Both the position numbers and the translations under genes were made by a program. This document shows, piece by piece, positions 24,689-32,172 of a stretch of 32,562 nucleotides of DNA (the stretch's first letter is position 1; each line of letters begins with the position of its first letter). The notes beneath the pieces were generated by a model. The model searched no databases. It had not been told where the DNA came from and saw only the letters and a list, made by a program, of their open reading frames with translations. Origin of the DNA: Candidatus Peregrinibacteria bacterium (GTDB lineage Bacteria > Patescibacteriota > Gracilibacteria > UBA1369 > UM-FILTER-53-11); NCBI GenBank assembly GCA_023245725.1, contig JAHFJU010000006.1, forward strand, positions 1 through 32,562, given 5' to 3'.

Positions 24689-24748
24689 AGGATTTATAGC
24701 GTTGATAATTGTGAGTTGTCTGATTGCCGTTGATGGCCTTAAAAACCC

Positions 24749-24771
24749 CCCCGCACACAGCGGGGTTTTTT
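24749..24771 (+). terminator. Rho-independent terminator after the SPFH gene
   Basis: CCCCGC-acaca-GCGGGG is followed by TTTTTT and preceded by an A-run. Confidence 0.8.
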
Positions 24772-24861
24772 GTGTGACAGAAGAGTTTTAAACCGCACGT
24801 GAGGTATTATTCGATTTTCCTATAATTTACGTGCCTCGCACTACCATATAAAAAATACATA

Positions 24862-24890
24862 TTGACAATATGGCAAGTTCTAGCTAGAAT
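24862..24890 (+). promoter_or_regulatory. Near-consensus sigma-70-type promoter
   Basis: TTGACA lies at 24862..24867, followed by an exact 17-nt spacer and TAGAAT at 24885..24890, 30 nt upstream of the ATG at 24921. Confidence 0.65.
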
Positions 24891-24920
24891 GCTCTCTATT
24901 ATTTTTTCACACTAAGTTTT

Positions 24921-26003
24921 ATGACAAAACGTTTTGTAGCTCCACAAGATGGAAATGGAATTGAAGTAGCCCCCGAGTTAGCATCTCGGCCTAATAAGAA
25001 GGCAGCAGCTGCTTATGTCATTGGTGGAAGGACTAAAACTCAAGTGAGTGCTGTATTTGATCTAAATCAACTTGCGCCAGCTACTCCTCCACCAGAAGTT
25101 GTTTCTGTAAATCCAAATTCAGGGAAAGCCATAACTGATGAATTTAATGAGGTATTAGGAAAGTTTTCTTATGATCGTGCTGCAGAACAGTATGGAATCC
25201 GACAGCATTCACGAGTTCCAAGCATTATTGGTGAAAGCAAAGCAAAATTTAGTACAGCACAACGAGGTGTAATGCTAAATTTATTGACTGGTTTGTTACC
25301 AAATAATATGGAACAAGAGCTCGATAGTGAGAAGGCTTCATTGGTTAATGATTTACTTGCGGCTGTTGTTGAATATTTTGACGAATGTGGTGATGCCGAA
25401 AAAACATTGAGCGTGATGGTATTTGCAACTGAACCTGTTAGATATAACAATGGAGTGCCAAATAAGAGTGTTATGCCAAATGAACTTGGGTTAAATGAAC
25501 CTCATGAAAATGGTGCTTTAACATTTAGAGAAGTTATTTCACAGCGTACAAATTCGATTCGTCGTGAAATATTACGAGCAAAGGCGGCTAAACTTGAGGA
25601 AAAAAATAAATTAGATCTCGAAAGGCAAACTTCTGAATTACGAGCTGCTTTTGATGCGCAATCAGAATCTGTAGTAGGATCTATTAAAGAAAGTAATGTG
25701 AATTCTAACCGACAAACAGTCGATGCTATAAAAAAAATAATTGATGGATTGAGAGATGATAAAGTTAGGCAGGCAGTTGTAATTGTTGGACTTTCTGCCT
25801 TGGCTCTCGATGGCGGAGTAGCTGGTGAAAATACAGAAAAATTTAATAGAGTCATAGCATTATCACCCGATGAAAAAGTTATGAATGCGCTTAAGGGTGC
25901 CAGATGTGTGGCAGTGGCTCAATTGTTGCAAGTTTCTATCAACAACAGCCGAGAGACATTGCAAAGTAGATTTAATTCTGCGCTTGAAGTTATAGGTAAT
26001 TAG
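24921..26003 (+). CDS. Hypothetical cytoplasmic protein (360 aa) with no motif I recognise
   Basis: This long ORF has its own strong promoter. It has no signal peptide or TM helix and a central coiled-coil-like stretch (RREILRAKAAKLEEKNKLDLERQTSELRAAFDAQ). Confidence 0.7.
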   Translation: MTKRFVAPQDGNGIEVAPELASRPNKKAAAAYVIGGRTKTQVSAVFDLNQLAPATPPPEVVSVNPNSGKAITDEFNEVLGKFSYDRAAEQYGIRQHSRVPSIIGESKAKFSTAQRGVMLNLLTGLLPNNMEQELDSEKASLVNDLLAAVVEYFDECGDAEKTLSVMVFATEPVRYNNGVPNKSVMPNELGLNEPHENGALTFREVISQRTNSIRREILRAKAAKLEEKNKLDLERQTSELRAAFDAQSESVVGSIKESNVNSNRQTVDAIKKIIDGLRDDKVRQAVVIVGLSALALDGGVAGENTEKFNRVIALSPDEKVMNALKGARCVAVAQLLQVSINNSRETLQSRFNSALEVIGN

Positions 26004-26036
26004 TTTTAACTGTTATTATAAAAACATTTAACCCAA

Positions 26037-26534
26037 ATGATTATGAAAAAATTACTATTGGTAACGGCATCCATTTTTCTTCTAATGGGCTGTAGCCAAA
26101 TTAACAACAATGCGTCAGTAGATAAACCTGTAACTGATCAGGCATCTGAAAGTACATATCAAAATAAGAAATTTAATATTTCTTTCAACTATCCATCAAA
26201 TTGGACTATCAAAGAAAACGACGCCAAGAAGTCCGTCACAGTGCAATCAAATCGACCAAGTAATGGATCTGAGATCATGGTTACCGTTCCAGCCGAAAGC
26301 TTTAAAGAGTATGAAAATAAAATGAGCGAGTTGATTGCCTCAGGCCAAATGTCGGTCGAGAATAGTAGCCCTATAGAAGGAACAAGCTACGCTACAAAGA
26401 AGTATGGGCATGAGGGAGGGCTGTATTACCTTATTGAAATTAATGGGAAATATGTTGGTATCGAAGGGGAGATGTATTTAACACAAGACCAGAAAGAAGG
26501 TTTGAAAGAAATACTAAATTCTCTTTCTCTCTAG
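26037..26534 (+). CDS. Hypothetical lipoprotein (165 aa)
   Basis: MIMKKLLLVTASIFLLMGCSQ has an L-L-M-G-C lipobox. The start could instead be the ATG at 26043. Confidence 0.75.
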   Translation: MIMKKLLLVTASIFLLMGCSQINNNASVDKPVTDQASESTYQNKKFNISFNYPSNWTIKENDAKKSVTVQSNRPSNGSEIMVTVPAESFKEYENKMSELIASGQMSVENSSPIEGTSYATKKYGHEGGLYYLIEINGKYVGIEGEMYLTQDQKEGLKEILNSLSL

Positions 26535-26596
26535 TGTTTTTAATATCATATACCACAGCAAAACATCGGCTAGCCTGAGTACGTTAACTAATAAAA

Positions 26597-26622
26597 GAGA
26601 GGTCTTACGGCCTCTCTTTTTT
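26597..26622. terminator. Bidirectional rho-independent terminator between convergent genes
   Basis: aaaaGAGAGGTC-ttac-GGCCTCTCtttttt is an 8-bp stem (one G-U pair) flanked by an A-run and a T-run. Confidence 0.75.
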
Positions 26623-26645
26623 GTTTATAACAAAACAGTGCATTC

Positions 26646-26888
26646 TTAAATATTTTTATATGTGCTCTCATCTCGTATTGAAATTTTAACTATTTTGTTT
26701 TCGCCACCATTCACAACGAAAATTATCCTATAGTTCCCGAGTCTAACTCTAAAATAATTTTTTCTGCCAACTAGAGCTTTTATACTGGGGACTTTTGTAT
26801 AATCTTTTTTAATCTGGAGCATTAACAGCATCATTGCATTCAGCTCATTTTTTCTGAGTTTTCTTAATAATTTTTCAATTGCGTTCAC
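26646..26888 (-). CDS. Type II toxin, RelE/ParE superfamily (80 aa)
   Basis: ...KALVGRKNYFRVRLGNYRIIFVVNGGENKIVKISIRDESTY matches the RelE/ParE core (G-x-x-x-(Y/F)-R-(V/I)-R-(V/I/L)-G-x-Y-R-(I/V)-(I/V)-(Y/F)). It overlaps the upstream antitoxin gene by 14 nt. Confidence 0.8.
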   Translation of the reverse strand: MNAIEKLLRKLRKNELNAMMLLMLQIKKDYTKVPSIKALVGRKNYFRVRLGNYRIIFVVNGGENKIVKISIRDESTYKNI

Positions 26889-27129
26889 GTTGAATTTTCT
26901 TTAATAGAGTAATCATTTCGTCTGTCGTAACTCCTTTCCCATCGTTATCTTTATCAGCATCGAAAAGCACTTCTTCGCTTGCAGTAAGCTCTGAAACATC
27001 TACTGGTTTTATTTGAATTCCGCTATCTGTTATCTGCAGAACATATAGGTCGGTGTTAAATTTAGCACGCCATTTTTTAGGGAGTGTTACTTGCCCTTTC
27101 GGTGTGGATTTAATTATGTGTGTTTCCAT
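26875..27129 (-). CDS. Type II antitoxin with a SpoVT/AbrB (MazE-like) DNA-binding domain (84 aa from the internal ATG)
   Basis: METHIIKSTPKGQVTLPKKWRAKFNTDLYVLQITDSGIQIKPV is a swapped-hairpin AbrB pattern. I prefer the ATG at 27129 because the candidate -10 and operator lie inside the longer track ORF (to 27183). Confidence 0.72.
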   Translation of the reverse strand: METHIIKSTPKGQVTLPKKWRAKFNTDLYVLQITDSGIQIKPVDVSELTASEEVLFDADKDNDGKGVTTDEMITLLKKIQRERN

Positions 27130-27139
27130 AAATTTTAAT

Positions 27140-27165
27140 AGTAGGAATTTCCTACTTTTAGTATA
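27140..27165 (-). promoter_or_regulatory. Toxin-antitoxin promoter and operator: a perfect inverted repeat next to a TATACT -10
   Basis: AGTAGGAA-t-TTCCTACT (27140..27156) has 8-bp perfect arms. It lies between a minus-strand TATACT (plus 27160..27165) and the antitoxin ATG at 27129. Confidence 0.55.
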
Positions 27166-27318
27166 TTCCTTTTTTCTACTCACGGCAATTGAGTGTACGG
27201 TTATATGGCAGTGTTTTCCACCGCTGTGCGGTGCGAAGTAGTGTGTGCATATAAAAAACTGTTTGAGTGCGCTAAACTAATACCGAATTTATTCACAAGC
27301 AAGAATCCTGAAATATTT

Positions 27319-28185
27319 ATGAAACGTTACTGTGTAATCGGTTCGCCAATTGCCCACTCACTGTCACCGGCAATGCATAATGCAGCTTTTGCGGCTCTGG
27401 AGCTAAATAAACAGGCTCATTACGAAGCTGTTGAAGTAATGCCAAATGAACTCGAAAATTTCATGAGTGTATTTGCGCAGCAGTACGCTGGCATGAATGT
27501 AACAATTCCGCATAAAGAGGCTGTTATGAAATATCTCGATGAGGTCGATGATTGCGCTCGAACAATTGGCGCTGTTAATACAGTTAAAGTCGATGGTGGC
27601 AAATTGATCGGATACAACACAGACTGGAGCGGTTTTACAGCTGCTCTACTTGAAGGAATCCAACAAAAATCGCATTTGTCGGCTAATGAACAGACTTCTG
27701 TAAAAACAATTTTTCAACATAAACCGGTTCTTGTTGTAGGTGCTGGTGGTGCGGCTCGTGCAGTTTGCTTTGCATTGTCGCAATTGGGCGCGCAGTTATA
27801 TGTTACAAATCGAACAATTGAGAAAGCTCAAAAACTTGCACATGATTTTAGAGGAGTCGCCCTTTCACACGACAAACTTGCTTCTATTGAGCCATCTTTG
27901 GTTGTTAATGTGACTTCGCTTGGTATGAATCCTCATGAATTTGAATCTCCTGTTTCGGTATCTTTATGGCAAAAATGGAAGCATTCAAAAATAACTCAGT
28001 ATAGTTTCGACTGCGTTTATAATCCTCTAAATACTCAATTTTTAAAGGATTCAATTTCGGCAGGATTCGTGGCAATTACCGGTGACGGAATGTTGGTTCA
28101 CCAAGGATCCGAGTCTTTTGAATTGTTCACAGGCAAAAAAGCGCCAATTGAAGCCATGAAGAAAGCAGTTGTCGTTAAACTATGA
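27319..28185 (+). CDS. aroE: Shikimate 5-dehydrogenase
   Basis: MKRYCVIGSPIAHSLSPAMHNAAF..., NVTIPHKE, GAVNT, GYNTDW and VVGAGGAARA are the canonical AroE motifs. The track start at 27193 adds 42 non-homologous residues, so I prefer the ATG at 27319. Confidence 0.9.
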   Translation: MKRYCVIGSPIAHSLSPAMHNAAFAALELNKQAHYEAVEVMPNELENFMSVFAQQYAGMNVTIPHKEAVMKYLDEVDDCARTIGAVNTVKVDGGKLIGYNTDWSGFTAALLEGIQQKSHLSANEQTSVKTIFQHKPVLVVGAGGAARAVCFALSQLGAQLYVTNRTIEKAQKLAHDFRGVALSHDKLASIEPSLVVNVTSLGMNPHEFESPVSVSLWQKWKHSKITQYSFDCVYNPLNTQFLKDSISAGFVAITGDGMLVHQGSESFELFTGKKAPIEAMKKAVVVKL

Positions 28186-28208
28186 TGCTGCTCATTTTCA
28201 GATATTCC

Positions 28209-29018
28209 CTATTTTAGAAAATCTGCGCCGTCTACATCGGGAGGAGGAGGTGCATCTTCAACTTCTGTTGCAGCTTCGCCGTAGTCTGAACCAAGTGCAA
28301 CTTGGCTCATCATAAAATCTGTGCCGTATAGGCTCCACAACCAGCGGTAGAACATTTCTGTTACTGAGGTGTAGAAACCCATAGCAGTCCACAAAAGTGG
28401 GAGTGTTGCGAACAAAACAGATGTTGGATTGTGTCCTGTGAATTCAAATATTGTAAGTACAGTTGCTGAAGACATAACAGTTGCAAAAATAACGCCGTAA
28501 AATCCTACAAGCGCGTAACGAATGTTGCCTACAATTTCAAGAATTACCATGCTTGCAAGCGCAGAAAGCACTACATGGAATCCTGCCAAAAAGCTCACCA
28601 TAGAAACTGCACTTCGTGAGTCTAGTAAAAAATATAGTGGGCCAAGCAATACGAAAATTGCCAAATTTACAAAGAATATTTGATACATCGAAGTTGTTCG
28701 GCGAACGTATTTTGATGATTGTACAAAGCTAAAAAAGAGCGAGCCAAGCAAGTTTGCAACTAGCGATGAAATAAAAATCATTGCCATGAAAACGAAAATG
28801 AAGAGTGGGTTTTTTCCGCTTCCGTCAGATGTTGTTCCATCTACTATCACGCTGTTCCAGCCTGAATTTAGAATTGTAGATGCGCTCAAAAATATTACGA
28901 GCAAAACAAGCATGCCTATTATGCCGCCTCCTAATCCTGCAAATGATTTTAAAACCAAGGTTAAAAAGCCAGAAGATGGAGGGCCGACGTTTGTGTCTTG
29001 AGAAGTGGTTTCGTTCAT
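28209..29018 (-). CDS. Hypothetical polytopic membrane protein (269 aa, about 6-7 TM helices)
   Basis: It has successive hydrophobic helices and an acidic, Pro-rich C-terminal tail (EVEDAPPPPDVDGADFLK). I recognise no family motif. Confidence 0.7.
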   Translation of the reverse strand: MNETTSQDTNVGPPSSGFLTLVLKSFAGLGGGIIGMLVLLVIFLSASTILNSGWNSVIVDGTTSDGSGKNPLFIFVFMAMIFISSLVANLLGSLFFSFVQSSKYVRRTTSMYQIFFVNLAIFVLLGPLYFLLDSRSAVSMVSFLAGFHVVLSALASMVILEIVGNIRYALVGFYGVIFATVMSSATVLTIFEFTGHNPTSVLFATLPLLWTAMGFYTSVTEMFYRWLWSLYGTDFMMSQVALGSDYGEAATEVEDAPPPPDVDGADFLK

Positions 29019-29062
29019 AAAATTTATCTTAATTACTATCTTAGTATTTTACCATAATTTGT

Positions 29063-29569
29063 CTAATCTGTGAATTCACTGGATTTTACTATCCATTTAT
29101 TGGCCGCAACCAGAATAAGAACACCTATTGTTAAGTACGCATCTGCTAAATTAAAGCTCGGGAAAAAAGATGGGCTTAAAAAATCTATTACATACCCGTG
29201 CCAAATTCGATCAATAAAGTTGCCTAGTGTTCCGGAAATTACAAAAACCAGTGCGATTTTCGTAATTTTATTTGATGTATCGCACGTTTTTTTTACCAAA
29301 TAAATAATTACCGCTAATAGAAGTGGTGTTATAAATGCGACCAGCTTTCCAGAAATCGGTAGAGAAAATGCGATCTTGGAATTATGTGAAACCGTCAGCG
29401 AAAAATAGTTCGAAATTACAGCTATAGTTTTTCCGTTTGCCAAATATAATTCTGCGAAAAACTTTGTTAGGTAATCCATTGTTACAAATTCTGCAACCGC
29501 TCCAATATAGAAAATATTATCCTGTACAAAACGTCCTAGAGGAGTAGTCGATTGCGATGTCGTATTCAT
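29063..29569 (-). CDS. lspA: Lipoprotein signal peptidase (signal peptidase II)
   Basis: ...GTLGNFIDRIWHGYVIDFL...FPSFNLADAYLTIGV... carries the conserved LspA boxes (GN-x-x-DR, V-(V/I)-DF, FN-x-AD). Confidence 0.9.
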   Translation of the reverse strand: MNTTSQSTTPLGRFVQDNIFYIGAVAEFVTMDYLTKFFAELYLANGKTIAVISNYFSLTVSHNSKIAFSLPISGKLVAFITPLLLAVIIYLVKKTCDTSNKITKIALVFVISGTLGNFIDRIWHGYVIDFLSPSFFPSFNLADAYLTIGVLILVAANKWIVKSSEFTD

Positions 29570-29577
29570 ACTTACTT

Positions 29578-29587
29578 AGTATATACT
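29578..29587. promoter_or_regulatory. Palindromic AGTATATACT, giving overlapping face-to-face -10 elements for divergent lspA and ftsW
   Basis: The whole intergenic region is 28 nt (29570..29597). TATACT on the plus strand (29582..29587) is 10 nt from the ftsW ATG, and TATACT on the minus strand (29578..29583) is 8 nt from the lspA ATG. Confidence 0.45.
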
Positions 29588-29597
29588 GTGCCAGCTT

Positions 29598-30842
29598 ATG
29601 CTGAAAACTTTTCGCTCTGGGCGAGTCGATATGGTACTTCTTGTAACAGTTGTAATGCTTCTGGTATTTAGCGTTATTATGATGACGAGTATTGGCGTTC
29701 CAAAAAGCATTTCTCTCACAAAGCCTGTCGGTCAATTGTTCCCTGCGTGCGGTGAAGATGGCGTGGATTGTTTCTTTTTAATGCGCAGGCATATGTTTCG
29801 TATTTTGGCTGGATTAGTCGCGATGTTTTTCGCATTTAGAATTCCTGTGAAGTTTTGGAAAAAAATTGCTGTTGGTATTTTTTTTCTTACTTTGGCTATG
29901 CTTTTTGGAGTTTTAATTTTGGGTTCAACAAGTAATACTTTTGCACGAGCTTGGCTAGTTTTTGCTAATACTTCAATTCAACCTGCCGAAATTGCAAAAC
30001 TTGCGCTCGTTTTTTATTTGGCAACATGGATGGAGCGTCGCGGTCGCGATTTGTTGGATTTTAAAAATGGCTTTTTGTCTTTTTGTTTAGTGACGGGAAC
30101 TTTAATTTTTCCTGTTATTTTACAGCCTGATTTCGGGTCAACTTTAGTTTATGCAACTATCGCTACATCGATTTACTTTGTTGCTGGTGCGCGGTTGCGC
30201 CATATTACAGTTGGTTTGGCGGTTGTTGCTGTGTTTGTGCTTGTGGTTGTTCCATCTGTTCCTTACTTGAAATATCGGTTTACCTCGTTTTTAAATCCTT
30301 CAGTCGAAAATTGTCAGCCAGAAGTTAAAGAAGGAGAACAGCGAAGAAATTATTGTTGGCAGACTGAACAGGCGAAAATTGCTGTAGGTAGTGGGGGATT
30401 TTTCGGTAAGGGATTAACGCAGGGAATTCAAAAGGCATACTGGTTGCCACAGGCGACAGATGATTTTATTTTTGCTGCGTCGGCAGAAGAACTTGGATTT
30501 ATTAGGATTATTTTTATTGTGATTGCATATGTTGTTATTGCTCATAGAGGGCTACTAATAGCCCAGCATGCCCCAGATCGTTTTGAACAGCTAGTTGCGG
30601 TTGGTCTTACTTCATGGCTGACAATTCAGGCATTTATCAATATTATGGTAAATATAGGGCTCATGCCAGTTACTGGAATCACATTGCCGTTCGTGAGTTA
30701 CGGTGGAACGTCGATGGTTTCAACTCTCGCCGCCGCTGGAATCCTTTTACAAATTTCACGCTCAGCAACACCATATTATGCGAATAGTCTTTACAGGAGG
30801 AGGAACGGGGGGACATATACTTCCCAACATCGCAGTTATTGA
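29598..30842 (+). CDS. ftsW: SEDS-family peptidoglycan glycosyltransferase (FtsW/RodA/SpoVE)
   Basis: QPDFGSTLV, ...GKGLTQGIQKAYWLPQATDDFIFAASAEELGFI... and PVTGITLPFVSYGGTSM are SEDS signatures. I chose the name ftsW because the gene is adjacent to murG. Confidence 0.88.
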   Translation: MLKTFRSGRVDMVLLVTVVMLLVFSVIMMTSIGVPKSISLTKPVGQLFPACGEDGVDCFFLMRRHMFRILAGLVAMFFAFRIPVKFWKKIAVGIFFLTLAMLFGVLILGSTSNTFARAWLVFANTSIQPAEIAKLALVFYLATWMERRGRDLLDFKNGFLSFCLVTGTLIFPVILQPDFGSTLVYATIATSIYFVAGARLRHITVGLAVVAVFVLVVVPSVPYLKYRFTSFLNPSVENCQPEVKEGEQRRNYCWQTEQAKIAVGSGGFFGKGLTQGIQKAYWLPQATDDFIFAASAEELGFIRIIFIVIAYVVIAHRGLLIAQHAPDRFEQLVAVGLTSWLTIQAFINIMVNIGLMPVTGITLPFVSYGGTSMVSTLAAAGILLQISRSATPYYANSLYRRRNGGTYTSQHRSY

Positions 30843-32172
30843 GGAGATTATTAAGAATACATTCTGTAAATCTTTATCTCAACATGCGGCCACAACTAAA
30901 AATGAAAATTGTTTAGATATTTTATATATCGGAACTAAAAATAATTCCGAGCAGCAGCTTGTCGAGAGCGAGATGCGAAGAATTATAGAAAGTCTACAGG
31001 TTGAGCAGTTGAATAATTCGAAAGTATTACACAATAATGTTCAACATAATTCGGTAAACGCCAAAGCTACTATTGCGCTTTCTTGGCAGTATAAAGCCAT
31101 TTCGTCTGGTAAATTGCGTCGATATTTTTCGTTGAAAAATGTTACTGATACAGCACGCATTATGGCAGGATTTTTTCAGTCATTCGCCCAACTTAAATCT
31201 TTCAAGCCAGATGTTGTTTTTTGCAAAGGAGGATATGTAACTGTTCCTGTTGCAGCCGCTGCTTATATTTTAAATATTCCGGTTTGGATACACGAATCAG
31301 ATGTTTCTTTGGGGCTTGCGACCCGTATAAATAGTAAATTTGCTAAGCGAATTTTTGTGTCGTTCGAAGAGACAAAAAAATATTTTACAGGATCTCGTGC
31401 AGCTAAAGTCCAGGTAGTTGGAAACCCGATTCGCGCTTCTGTAACGCACGGAAACGCGCAGCGTGCTCGTGAATTCCTCTTGAATGCGCAGATGATTAAA
31501 GGTGGAGAAACTGATAAAAAAGGGCTGTTTTTTCATGGGTTTAGTGAGAAAATTCCGGTAATTTTGGTTATGGGTGGTTCGCTTGGTTCTCAATTTGTTA
31601 ATGAAGCGCTTGATAAATCGTTAGATGTACTGCTCAAGGAGTACGCGGTTATTCATATAACTGGTAACGAAGGGGAGCAACTAATACGTCACGAGCGATA
31701 TCGTTCGTTTCATTTCATTAATGAAGAGTTGCCCGATTGTTACGCGCTCGCCGATGTTATCGTCTCGCGCTCGGGTGCAGGCAGCGTTTTTGAATGCGCC
31801 GCCGTTAAAAAACCAACTGTTTTCATTCCACTCTCAAGTCGTGCCAGCAGAGGAGATCAAATTGAAAATGCTAAGGCGGCGGCGCGCTTTATGAATGCCC
31901 ATGTCATAGAAGAAGAACAACTACTTAAAAATCCTTCAATTTTGCCACAGGCTATTCATAAAATTATGTCTGAACAAATTGAACAAAATCCTGAAAAAAA
32001 TAATCGAGAGAAAAACATGCGCATTGGCCAACTAGGTCAAAAAAATGGCGCATCTTCAATGGGCGTATCCAGAGAGCATGAGCATTCTGTAACCAACTCA
32101 AACTCCATACTAAATATTAATGCCGCCGAAGTTATTGCTTCTCAATTGTCTTATTTTCCTTCAAATTTGTAG
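30778..32172 (+). CDS. murG: UDP-N-acetylglucosamine--N-acetylmuramyl-(pentapeptide) pyrophosphoryl-undecaprenol GlcNAc transferase (MurG), unusually long at 464 aa
   Basis: MRIVFTGGGTGGHILPNIAV (G-loop), GGYVTVPVAAAAYILNIPVWIHESD, VMGGSLGS and SRSGAGSVFECAAVKKPTVFIP are MurG motifs. I prefer the ATG at 30778, which overlaps the ftsW 3' end by 65 nt. Confidence 0.88.
   Translation: MRIVFTGGGTGGHILPNIAVIEEIIKNTFCKSLSQHAATTKNENCLDILYIGTKNNSEQQLVESEMRRIIESLQVEQLNNSKVLHNNVQHNSVNAKATIALSWQYKAISSGKLRRYFSLKNVTDTARIMAGFFQSFAQLKSFKPDVVFCKGGYVTVPVAAAAYILNIPVWIHESDVSLGLATRINSKFAKRIFVSFEETKKYFTGSRAAKVQVVGNPIRASVTHGNAQRAREFLLNAQMIKGGETDKKGLFFHGFSEKIPVILVMGGSLGSQFVNEALDKSLDVLLKEYAVIHITGNEGEQLIRHERYRSFHFINEELPDCYALADVIVSRSGAGSVFECAAVKKPTVFIPLSSRASRGDQIENAKAAARFMNAHVIEEEQLLKNPSILPQAIHKIMSEQIEQNPEKNNREKNMRIGQLGQKNGASSMGVSREHEHSVTNSNSILNINAAEVIASQLSYFPSNL

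Noticed and set aside
27219-27233. A small hairpin, CACCGC-tgt-GCGGTG, upstream of aroE.
   Set aside because: It has only a 6-bp stem with a 3-nt loop and no U-tract. It sits in the divergent promoter region, and there is not enough evidence to call it an attenuator or a terminator.
27193-27318. The N-terminal extensions offered by the ORF track for aroE (27193), murG (30703), the antitoxin (27183), P2 (17395), the zinc-ribbon ORF (21352) and the HTH ORF (21488, a TTG).
   Set aside because: The conserved N-terminal motifs (SPIAHSLSP, the GGGTGGH G-loop, the AbrB hairpin and the signal peptide) begin right after internal ATGs. The extensions overlap upstream genes or promoter and operator elements.
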